Assembly: GCA_038496445.1 (NCBI GenBank)
Contig: JALMLS010000210.1
Span: forward strand, 1 to 64,000
From: Trichosphaerium sp. ATCC 40318
Lineage: Eukaryota > Protista > Tubulinea
Length of the DNA stretch: 64,000 bases
Direction: 5' to 3'
In this document: piece after piece, positions 48,042 to 60,091 of the stretch
Layout of the letters: the number at the start of each line of letters is the position of its first letter
Position numbering within the stretch: the first letter of the stretch is position 1
The notes under the pieces: generated by a model
What the model was told of the DNA's origin: nothing
What the model saw: the letters and a program-made list of their open reading frames with translations, nothing else
The model's database searches: none
Made by a program: the position numbers and the translations under genes

Positions 48042-50010
48042 ATGGAAGCCTACGACATCTTGGTTTTGCGAAAGGTTGTTTTTGATGTTTTAATGCACTG
48101 AAGACTTGGATCTAAGCCGTTTGTTTAGAAAAAACAGATTCTTGAAGATATATTGGCTTGGCAGGTCAAAAAACAACCTTGTTTCGCGTCTACATCGATA
48201 TTGGAAGCATGTCAACAGTACGTAACGCTTGTTCGTTATTCAACCTCAAAGATATACCGCATACACATTAATATGCGTGTTTTATACGATTTACAGTTCT
48301 TGCGACAGCCTAACAAAAACGTTTAACTTTTAGTGTGCATCAATACATCGTCTCTCACAATGATCCATTCATATCACTCCGATACAAGAAGCGTGGTTCC
48401 AATTCTACCAATGCCATCACTTCCATAAACACCAAGGGGATGACATTCACTAACTTCACAGGTAGTAATGAATCAGAGATTCCAACAACTTCTGCTGTTT
48501 GAAATAACCTTGATATGTAGAGCTACCAACTGAGATTGTATGGCATGTGATAAGCTTTCTAGATGACAAATGTATTCTCGCGATATCACAAACAGCAAAG
48601 CCGTATGCGAAGTATTGCCAGAGTCAATTCACATGGCTCTTAGAAGTCAGTAGAGTAAGTTGGGCTATTTTTTGATACTCTGTACTATTATCTGTTTATG
48701 ACTTACTGTTGATTTATCAAGAGCAGATCTAGCACATACGCATTCTTAAACAAGTATTACAAAGCTGGTTTGAATCCATACACGGTTCAGAAGACACTCT
48801 CCAAACTAAAGTACACAAACCACATGAAGAAAAGAACGAAACAACAAAACTTAACTGACCGAACAATCCACAAACAACTTAAAAGTGAAAGGGAAAAAAA
48901 CCAGTGTATAAATATCGTTTTCCTTGGCAGCAAAGTACACATGTGTCTTGGAGGATTTGCAAGGTCGATAGTGACACCAGACTTTTCTCCATTCAAGAAA
49001 TGTATTCAAAAGTACACACTTTCTGTTGCTTTGAAGGCATCAAAACACAATCCTCAGGTATCGAACAACACCTTTTTTAACTTACACCACAACTTACACG
49101 TGATATCTAGAGTAAATGTGCAAAGGCAATCAAATCTTCAGTTGCTCAAAAACTGATTGCTGAAGGCCTTGATACAATTGATGTTGAAGATGATGAGCGA
49201 GCCAAATAGTACGGTTTTTTTTCTTTGATTGCTATGTGTTTGTCTCACTAACAATGTGATAGTTTCGAAGAAGCTGCTTCAACGATACTGGATAAAGAAT
49301 ACATAGTGATACCAGAACATATTGAAAACATGCCTTGTACACTCCTACATACTGACAAACCTCTTGAATATATTAGCAATATGAAATTTACTTTTCGGTA
49401 AGAACAAAAGCTGATATTGATAGGGCTTTATACCTTTTTATAGATTTAAAATGTACCCTTCAATATCTCGCACACTATTCCGAAAAGCTTCCCATGTTGT
49501 ACAAGGTTGTTCCTTAATATTATACAACATTGTACTTGGTGAATACCGTATACCTGATCCTATCTTTGGCACAAAACTACACAAATCAATACATGAGTTC
49601 TCGCTGTGGTGTAACATCCTTGATAAAACTCGAATTTGTGGTGTGGCTATATTTATCTACAAAGACGACCATTTAATACCTACTGAGTTCTGTGAGAAGT
49701 TCCCAGATTGCCCTCAAGGTAATCACTTACTCCTTAACCCCTTTTGGATTCACACTCTTGTTTCACTTACGCTTTCTTTGTAGCCACAATCAAGTCAATA
49801 TTTAAGTATCTGGTAAGGTTATTCACTTCTCATATGATAAAAGGAGCATACTTAGATGATGATACCCATATATTGAGTAAAGCAAACTCATATTTTCATT
49901 ACTACTCAATTCTTGACTTCGCTGACAACGTAACTAAAACTTTCAACCAAATTCTGGTTTCCTCAACTGTAGATTCTACAATGGGACTTGATTGTTACAC
50001 GTTGGTATGA
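48042..50010 (+). CDS. G-gamma-like (GGL) + F-box + degenerate (P-loop-less) G-alpha fusion, copy 2 (apparently intact)
   Basis: MEAYDILVLRKKKQILEDILAWQ...TSILEACQHVHQYIVSHNDPFI (GGL-like), FTELPTEIVWHVISFLDDKCILAISQTAKPYAKYC (F-box), then TDRTIHKQLKSEREK...INIVFLG ... ILDKEY ... LILYNIVLGEY ... KLHKSIHEF ... IFIYKDD ... FPDC ... YFHY ... MGL (G-alpha-like order of motifs). Confidence 0.8.
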
Positions 50011-50495
50011 ATTGTTAGTTGGTTAAAACCAATATTAATAAAAGACTTATGCTTACTCATATTTTGACTTGGCCGTTTTAAGTTGAATAGTACTTCTAGC
50101 ATTTTGACTAGAAGTTTGGTAACAACCAACTTTGCTAACAATGAATGTTCATGCTTGCAATTCTATATAAACCTATGAGGGTAAGCGGGGTACTTACCAA
50201 GTGCGATAGAAGTGAGAGAAATGTTCATTTGTTCCTTCTTCCTTGTTGACCTTATTGTTGTTTCAAAATCATTTTAGGCTTCATGTTGATGAATGCAATA
50301 TCACGTGATACGATTCAACAAAAAACTGAAAAATTAAAGCACAAGTTGTTGTATACAAACTCTTTTTTTATTACTATTGTTTCATTATTTGTTTCGCCAC
50401 AAGTCTCATGTACTACATTTTACGGAAACGATGTACACACCTGCCAAGATCAAGGCGAAATCGGAGTTTTTTTTTTTACCTTGAAAAAAAAAAAC

Positions 50496-53400
50496 TTAAC
50501 TCATTGTGAAGCAAGTTTGTGCGTTTTCTACAGCCTGTAGTAGACGTTGCTTCATTATTATCTTAGAAGAGTAGTCTGGTAATTTAAGGTAATAGAAGCA
50601 CGTATTTACACTTGGCAAGTATTGATCTGACGGGAAGCAGTCCTTGCGAACTATCGTCAATTTTGGATTCAACGATTTGAAACCTAAAGCAAAAAATGAT
50701 TAAACACATGCTGTCATAGATGATTTTTTATCTACGTACCACCGATAGGTAACCGGACAGATCCAGTTAAAAATCGTACAAATAACTTACGTTCCTTTGG
50801 TGTAAGTTCTGATAGAATCTCAACAAGGAATTTGACAGCATTGCTAAAGAAAGAAAAAAAAGTTAGAAAAAAGCCAAAACAAAAAAAAAATCTCGTTCAA
50901 ACGATCACAAACCGCTGCGCACCTGGTGCTACTGTATCCAGATCCTACACTTATATTATCAGCTATAACTTGCTTAGCCCATTCCTCATTTTGAGTTTCA
51001 TCTGCACCACATAAAAGTACTTGAAGCTCAGGTATAGAAAAGGCTTGTAGATGTTGAATTGCAAAAATCTCATTAAACCCTTTTCTGAAAGCATTGACTT
51101 GTTTCTCAATGCCAGACTTAACCAAAGCATCGAATAGCAAGTCAAGGTACTCACATAGATTATCAATAGTGACAATCTCTTCACCGTTATCCTTGAGCGC
51201 CCAATTCTCATGACCAGGTACAACAAACTCAAGCTCCATATCCTTAATCTTACCACCATGATACCTGAGTTTATCAATTTTACCTTGTTTTACTTTATCC
51301 GATAGTTCTTCATCTTCTTTGATCTCTTTAACTTGAAGAGCAACAGCAGATAGTTGTTTGAGTATATCAGCTTGATGAGCACTCATCATAGCAGTTAGAT
51401 CATCCATTGAAAGCTGAATACCAAGAATTGCTTTAAGGAAACCAGTGCTGAAAGGTAAATCAAGTAATCGTCCATCAAGTATAGCCTTTGCAACAAAAGT
51501 ACCCAAAAAAGTGAAATGATGATCAATAAGTGTTTTTACAGCATCAGTTGCTTCTTTTGGATTCAATGGTTTTGGGAACAAACCATGTTTCGAAATGACA
51601 TACTTTTCTTTGTTGTTCTCGGCATCAACCCAAAGGCTTAAGTCTCTACGCTGAATTTCATGAGAAGCAAGAGTATAGAACTCACAAGTAGGACCCTATG
51701 TATTTTCGTCAGAGCAGGTAAAGCAGAGTACAAAAGAGAAGAGAAAAAAATGAAGAAAAAAGAAGGAAAAACTTACGAGACCAGTGCCAACTTCATCTCT
51801 GAACTCTACTTCAAGTATTGCGTTTGGATTCTCGGCACAAAGTGCCATTACTTTCTGTGCTGATTCAAGCGCTTTTTCGCGAATAATACGGACCTATTAA
51901 AGCAAAGTCAGTCAAGGAAAATACACACCCGAAAAAGTTATGAAGAGCAAGGTTATGTAGGATGTCTGTACCTTTTGCTTTGTCATCGGTGAAAACTTCA
52001 GGCTAACGTTAGGTTGCCTCATCTCAATAGCATGCATGACACCACGTTGGATACCACTAGAAGTAGCTTTGAAGAAAAAGTTCCTCGTGTTAAACTGGAA
52101 CAAGAAAGGACAATGTTTAACGACTTTACGACACCAAGAAGGAAGTGAAGAAGCGCAAAGCAGTAAAGGATCTGATACTTGACGTGTCAAAGACGACGAA
52201 AGTTTAGGTGACAAGAAAATACTACTATCAAGAGGTGACACATCGTTCTAAAGTAGTAATAAGTTAGTACTTGTTTTATCTTCAAAAAAAAAGTTTTACA
52301 GAAGTTTTACAGTCCTCAGAGCGAAGCTCTTTGTCAGCACTGGGAATATGCGCAGTAATTAAGCGATGACGTACAGGCCACAGGGTTGGTCTAGCATTGC
52401 AGGCATGCAGAATCTTCAACAAGAGTAATACTTTGGCTGTATTTTCGGTTGTAGGGAATGAGATTTTAGACTTCAATACTTTTTCTAAAGCTTTATCTGT
52501 ATTGACAGATGCTCCCTCGACTATTGATAAATCATTAGCTACTCAAGTTCGTACTTATTAATGGATGTCTTTTAACGTACTACCACAAAAGTTGACTTGG
52601 ATTTTATCCATACGTTCCACATGAAGTGGAATCTCAGATGAATCCTCTAAAGATTTTTCATCTTTTTCATCATCACGTATCTTATACTCAAGTTTATGAG
52701 TCGTTCTCCAACACTGAGAAATCTCAGATGATGTAATGACAAGATGATCATCTCCTTGAGAAACAGACTTATCTAGATACCAAGTGTCAGAGCAAGAAAC
52801 AACAAATACAAAGAAGAAAAAGGAGCTACTGTCGCATAAGTTTACCTTTTCTTTGCATGTCCTGTAAGATAGCTTGAAACAGAGTCAAGTTTTTAGCTAA
52901 CAGACGGCCATTCAAGTATATAGATAACTTATCAGCAAGCTTAGGATCTTGATCAAGACATTCATCAGGATCAACGTCATCTTCAGGAATATTAATTTCA
53001 CCCAAAGCATCTTCGACTTCTTCCTCATCAGAAGAGTCATCAAATGCCTCAATCTGCACCTACGGAACTCTCTTAGCAACAAAAACCTAAAAACAAATAG
53101 TAAAGAAGACAATACAACGTACAGTTGTCATAGAAAGCATTCTTAGATCATCTTGAGGTACACGTTGCATTTTACGATTATACCTTGTTCTATTGTTGAT
53201 TTGTTGCATTGTCTTTAAGTTTGCAGTATAACCATCTCTAGCAAAGAATCCATGAGATAACTCAACAGTATCAGAACCTTCTTTGAAAGCATTCTCAAGA
53301 ATCTCAGTAGTAACATTGTCATACAATGACCAAGATCCTTCATTATTCCAACGCCATATACCAGGCTTGTAAGCTTCTTTTTCTTCAGCTTCATCTTCAT

Positions 53401-56400
53401 CAGAGGCTTCTTCTTTACCCTTAGCATCAGCGTCTTTCTCTCCATCAACATCCATTGAATCTCCTCCTTCGCCTTTTTCTTCTTTATTGTCAACGTCCAT
53501 AGCATCTCCTTTTCTCTTCTTTGTCTTTTGATTCTTCCAAGGCTTTCTTTTCTGCTTCTTCCTTTGCTAATCGTTCTTCTCTTTAGCTTCCAAGAGTGCT
53601 TCACGAAGACTCCTTAATTTACCAGCAACAAAACGAGCAATAGTTCTAACTGAAGAAAGAGGCTCAACGACAACATTGATTAAACTGCCGAGATTATAAA
53701 CACGCTTTTCTCCATCAGCTACAACATCATAAGAAAAAAACAAGAAACTATACAATCAAGCAATCATTCACGTACCTCTAGCAACCGTGATCTTAAATGG
53801 CTGAGCGAGATACCCGAGGCCTGAATCAGATCCACGAACTGGATTTAGAGTAATAGGAAAAGATCCATCCTTATAAACGTATCAGCAAGACATCCAAAAA
53901 CAAAAAAAAAAACAAAATAAGTATACCTTATTCATCGAGTTTATGCACTCCTGGATAAACACCGTCAAGGCCTCTTTATCAAAATTATGGCCAAAGAGCT
54001 TAAGTTTCTCAAGAGAAGACGATGACAAGTAACTGAGAACACCAGATACAATACCTGATCGAATAAACTCATGTGTTGATATACCATCCTTTGATGTTAG
54101 AATAGCAGCTATTTCCTTAAGCACACCAACATCAGCATTACTCTTATCGGCTTGCAACACGTCGCAAAGCTTCCTCAACTTTAGTAGCGTATCAGTCTCT
54201 GATCTCTCACCCTCTGCAGAAGCAGGAAAGTAAGTGTTCCTGAACAACTCCATCCTGTCCTCAATCCAAATCTTAACTTGTTCGGAATGACTTATCTTTT
54301 GTGGAGGAGCCCTCTTCTTTTTAGCCTTTCGTGTTGATAGTAAAAGACGTTCAAGCTTTAATATCTCTGGAGGCTTTCTTCATCATCATTAGATTCAGAG
54401 TCACCACCCTTGTTATCTTCATCTTCTTCAGCTTCTTCTTTACCTTCAGACTTAGTCAAGTCTCCTTTGACATCTTTCTCTTCGTTGTCTTTATTTTCCT
54501 CGCCTTCTTTTTTAGGCTCATCAACATCCATTTTGTCAGTAGCCTCAGGAGCTTCTTTATTATCAACGTCCATGGCATCTTCATTGGTTTCTTCTTTATC
54601 GTCCTTAGAAGGTACTTTTGGTACCACAGGAGAAGGATCAAGGCCTTTAGGAGGCTCAAACTTGAACGGTGTTCCCATTTTTGGAGATGGTTTAGAAGCA
54701 TCAGATTTAGGCTTATTATCGCCTTCGTCATTGCCTTCATCATCGTCACCATCACCAACTTCTTCGGCTTCTATTTTCTCAACAGATTCTGAAGAGGAAT
54801 CGAGTTGTTCTTCTATTTTTGTTCGAACAACTTTTGGTCGTGATTTAATCAATTTATCAATCTCGAACACAACACCTTCACGTGCAAAGTATTTTTTGAA
54901 TATTTCAGGTAGTTTCTTCATTAGTTCTTCTGCCATCGATAAAGAGGCTGCAACAATAGAATCATCTTTTTCAGTCAATGTTGTTGCTAAGAAAGTCGAA
55001 AAAGAAATATTCTAAAAAAAAGAATGTTAAAAATTGCTTTAGTGTACGTAGAAGTAAACAAATGCATTATTACCTCGAGCAATACAGTCAAAAGAGCAGG
55101 AGGAGAGTTGTGAATAATCGATAGAATAGCGTTCATAGCTTGAAACTTAATCTAAAGAAAAACCAAGTAAGAAATCAAGGCGTCTTCAAAAAAAATAGCA
55201 AAAAAAAAAAGTTTTGTGAAACGTACCGCAGGGTTAGCTGCACGAGAGAAAAGATCTACAAGTGGTGCTAATAGAGATTCTCCAAGCATTTGCAACAAAT
55301 TAGCATTCTTTTCATACATTAAAACGCGAGGATGTTTCTTTGGTTTTTTGTCTTCGTCTCCTTCTTCATCTTTGTTACCACTTGCAGACAACTTTGATAT
55401 CATAGATCTTCCACTCGAAAAGCTGGTGTATCCAAATGCTGGTCCACCACGCCTTGTTAATGGTGCCCCAAAAATAAAAGAGATATCTATAGGACAGTGA
55501 GTCGCAATTATTGTTTGCAAGAAGCTACACGTGAAAACATACCTTGTGGCAATGGAGGTGTCAAGGCGTTTATCAATGTCAAGCACTCAAGGACAGGTCC
55601 TTGTTTAGACCCTCCACCTCTAAATGGACTACGACGAAGTGTAGACGTACTACGCGTAGACTTGGATTTACTTGGCGTTCCTAGTCAAAAAGTTAAAAAT
55701 ACATATTGATGCAACGTTTTAGTAGATTTTTTGTACCTTGATTAGCAAGCTGAAGTGATGGTGCGATTACTTTTGTTACACCTTCATTAAGCATACGCTC
55801 TGTTAAATTAACTGAGGCGCATGCGAGGGTTGATAGAGTGCGTAAGGCCAACTGATAAGCCATTGGTGATATGCTACGCAATTAGTAAATAATTGAAGAA
55901 ATTACATTTTTCCGCTTTTACAGTACCTGCTATTTGACAGATTCTTGGTTGTGACAATACGTATCAAATGAGAAATTAGACCATTTCCACAAAGTGTAAT
56001 AAGGTCTGCTTCTTTTGTAAAGAAGTTATCAGCTAGATTACTAAAACACAAGCACACTTTTTCCAAAACTAAACGAAATACATGTCAATAAAAAACTGAA
56101 ACAATTCAAGTTGTTTCGCACTTATAGGATCGCCATTATTAAGATTATCTGATAGATTAGGTATAGCGTCCTTATAAAGTGCCATGCCTTCTGAAGGAAC
56201 ACGTTGGGTAATGAGAGAACATACACCAAATATCTACAAAAGGTATATTAGACATTTTTCAATCGCAAATAAAAAAAAGACAACTACTGTCTTAAAAAAG
56301 CATATTCTACGCTCTCACGTGACCACATGATCAAGAACATATAATGTGTAATTTAGAAAATAACAATCAGTACAACAGTGTACAGCTAATATGTTAAAAC

Positions 56401-57938
56401 TGACAAGAAAAAGATATAAAGCAATTAAACAAAAAAAGTTTCGTACCATGCGTTGTACGCTCTGAGCAAAGAAAGGTATGAATCCCAGAAGAGCATTCAT
56501 ACCACCTTCACGAGCAATAGCTCCTGCTTGACTCTGAGCGAGCTTACTTAGAGCTTGAATAGCCCCTTCAGCAACATCAATGTAATTAACGTTTAATAGT
56601 TTTTCTATCAACGCAGAACAGCCACCAGCTCTTACAACATACTAAAAAAATAATAAGCCTCTCATAGCTATCCATATATAATTAAATAATGTCACGTACA
56701 GATCCTGTGTTAGGCATAATTTCCATTAAATGAGATAGAGCACGAATAGCAAAAACTAGTGGCAAACAAATCAGGTTGGAAACAAAACACAAAAAAAGAA
56801 AAATCTTTTCTTCCCTTCCAACCATTCGAGTGTTTCCCCTCACCCATAAGGCAACTTACAATTAAATAGCAGGTATCAAAACCAATTATTTTACAGTGTA
56901 AGGGCCAGTAAAGAAGGATGCAAATGAAGTGCTTGAAGATTTTTTTAAAATAAATCAAAAAAAAAAATTTGTTTTCATCAATCAAAACACCCAAACGTCG
57001 TTGTTGGCCTTCATGAATTGTAAAAACGTGTTTTAACGTACGCATAATATTTGCATTATCTAGTCTTAGTAGCCCCACAAGTCCAGGTACAAAGAGACTA
57101 GCGCGAAAACCTCCAAGTGTTTCTTCTGTACTGAGAGAAAGAAACTCTGATATATACATCACAACACGTAGTTGTATATCAGGATCAGGGTATTTCAGTC
57201 CGAACAGTAAATTGGTCTGCGTAGATGAACCTTTTATGAAAAAAATAAAATTAGTACACTAATAATTCGTTAAACGCGCAGATATCGCGTGTAATTATGT
57301 AGTAGATGGCGCGGTTGGCAAGTCAGTGAATAACACGGCAAAACCCATCAGAATTCAAAAAATAAGCGTACTCATGCCCTGTCCTATTGTTACACCGGCG
57401 GCTAATGATTGCTTGACATCCTCCACTGTTGGTGTTGGCGGTTCATTTTCATCTTCTTCTTCTTCGTTGTCGCTATTATCGTCACTGGACTCTCCACTAC
57501 TTTTTAAAGCTTTTTCTTCCTTGTCTTCTTCTTTTCGATCAGTTGAACCGTCTTTCTCCTCCTTAGCATCTGTATCGCCTTGAGGCTCTTCAGACGGCTC
57601 AGATACGTCCTTTTGTTCTGTTTCTGTTTGTTCTTTGTCAGGCGGCGTGTCTTCCTTTTCTTCGGGGACCTTTTTCTCAGGTTCAACCGCAGGAGGTAAT
57701 GGTTCCTCCTCTTTGCTAATTTTTGGCTTTTTCAATTCTGGTTCTTCGCCAGATTGCTCCATCAGCTGCTTTTTGCGTTTACGGGTCTTTTTTATTGTTA
57801 CAGTTCTACAAACGAAAATTTAATTCATACAAAAAGTTTTATTTGATTAAATCGATTGTACCTAGGACGTTTATGACCAGATTTACCTTTGGAAGTGTTT
57901 TTTCGTTTTCTGGGTGCTTTGGTTTCTCGACTTGTCAT
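50496..57938 (-). CDS. TRIP12/UPL3/Ufd4-like HECT E3 ubiquitin ligase with ARM repeats and a WWE domain
   Basis: Acidic N-terminus, ARM region '[20 protein letters not shown]', 'KYFAREGVV', '[11 protein letters not shown]', WWE '[13 protein letters not shown]...[12 protein letters not shown]...RKMQR', 'PFLFQFNTR', HECT 'GTGLGPTCEFY', '[15 protein letters not shown]', catalytic '[18 protein letters not shown]'. Confidence 0.95.
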
Positions 57939-58219
57939 TCACCGGCAAGCAGACTTTATAGCACGGTGACGTGTGGTGTTCGGTACGTATAAACGAGCCT
58001 AATAACGATTTTGTGATAAGTTCAAAGCAGAAAAGTCAAACAAAATCAAAAAGCCGCCAAATTGCATACTAAGTGATTTTCAAATCAACGTTCTATGGTG
58101 GGGCTTTGTTAATATTCCACGCTTAATACTGAACGCTGTTTAAACTAGAATATGGCTGACTTAGTTAGCCCAAAATCTTAGCCCCACGTGATACGTGCAC
58201 ATAACTAGCGCTAGCAAAC

Positions 58220-60091
58220 ATGACTTTGGCACCTTTTCTGTTGGTCATTTGTTTCACCGCAGTATACGCAATAAGCGTCACTGTACGTGCTCGTTTAGCG
58301 AATATGCACCCTAACCATGCACCAGATACCTGTTTCTAACTCTGCTCAACTTTTGAATGCAATAGACAACGCGCAACCTGGTCACATTATTCAGCTAGCA
58401 AGAGGGCACGTATTACAATACGAAAAACTTTTGTTTTATTTTTATAACACAGATAAATTATTAATGCGATACCTTTTAGGTACTATCCTATCGTTGCCTC
58501 TAGAATACGCTGTGACGTGGCTGGAACTCAAGCAGACCCTATAACAGTCAGGAGCCCTTCAAAAGGTAGCGCTATCATCCAGCTCGATAATGGCTCAAAC
58601 TCGTATACTGAGGTACGCGCCACGTGATTTTCTAGCAAACAAGCTTTGTTTTCTTATTTCATTACAAAAGGGCTTCTTGGTTAGTAAACCTTATTGGGTT
58701 TTCGAGAATCTCGTTATCGAGGGAACCTGTAGTACTGACACGCCATGCGAACATGCTTGGCATGTTGTAGGAGAATCTCACTTTTTAATTCTTCGTAACA
58801 ATATTGTCCGAGATTTTAATGCCATTGTAAAGGCAAACAAGCAGGGCACGTGATAAATTATAGTTCCAGTAAAGAAGAGCTAATTCGGACAAAAGGTGAT
58901 ATATGGCCAAACGATGTACTTATCATTCATAATGAGTTCTACAACACAAGAGTCAGGATGACATGTATATTCCCTCCTTACGGAAAAATAGACTAATGCG
59001 TCTTTTTAGCAAATCCAGTTACACCAATTGATGTCGTCGGCGGTCGCCGATGGGTTGTTAAAGGAAACTACATCCACGATGCTGCCAAGGGACTTGGCAA
59101 TAAGGTAAACTCATACACTGATAAACGTGCTTAACTTTTGTTGAAACTTAGATAAGTTATCAAGCTTTTTTAAAAGGCAACAGCAGAGATGGTATTTTCG
59201 AGAGTAATCTTGTTTGTTGCTCTTGCTTGCATTCAGGTTAGTCTATTCTATCACTAACTTTTTATTTAACAACGCTAGGAAATGATGTACGTGTTGGTCT
59301 GTCTTTGGGCGGTGGAGGTTCTTCTCCAAACTCGATTTGCGAAGGTGGCACATGCACACGTAAGTTTCTCAGTTTCTCCTGTTGTTATCTAACATTTGCT
59401 TTTTAGCTGAACACCAGAACGGTATTCTTCGTAACAACATTATTCTGAATTGCAACGCTATTGGTATCTACGTAAGTAAATATTAACATTCTTTTTTTTT
59501 TTTCTGTTTTAATTCCACTAACGCTCTTCTATAGATAAACGAAGGTGCTAATACTAAGATTCTCTATAATGTTCTATACAATACTGCTGGTATCGATATG
59601 AGATTTCCATCTACTACAGGTATCATAGGCAACAACATTTATAACGGCAATATAAGAGACAGGTACACCATAAAAACTTTGAACTGTTCTGTTGCTAAAC
59701 TCTGAAATTTACAGGGATGGCAGTACACATACTGCTTTCAAGAATGTCCAAATGTCTTTAACCCAAATGAACGCTTTATTCAATGATCCAGGAAGCAACG
59801 TACTGACCATACTTACTAATGAATATTCATTCTCATTTTTTTTTCAAAAGGATTTTTCTTTAAAACCTGGTGCAGATACAAGCGCTATACTTAATATCGC
59901 AGATCCAAGGTACCACCCAACAATCCCACCTTGGGTTATCGCCTTCACTAACACGTTGTGTTAATTGTAGAAGTGAAGCAAAGACAGACTGGTGTGGTAA
60001 AAAGAGAAGACGAAGAGCAGATATCGGAGCGATTGAGTATTCAAATACAAACCCTTGTAAGAATACTAACAAAATACCATGGGTCAGATGA
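58220..60091 (+). CDS. Secreted right-handed beta-helix protein (chondroitinase-B/polysaccharide-lyase-like, bacterial-type)
   Basis: Signal peptide, 'QLLNAIDNAQPGHIIQLARGYY', 'GTQADPITVRS', 'YWVFENLVIEG', 'PVTPIDVVGGRRWVVKGNYIHD', 'FLKGNSRDGIFESN', 'GLSLGGGG', C-terminal 'DIGAIEY'. Confidence 0.82.

Noticed and set aside
54331-55015. Long plus-strand ORFs (Ser/Phe-rich), also at 32166, 44001 and 57326
   Set aside because: Antisense shadows of low-complexity or coiled-coil exons of minus-strand genes.
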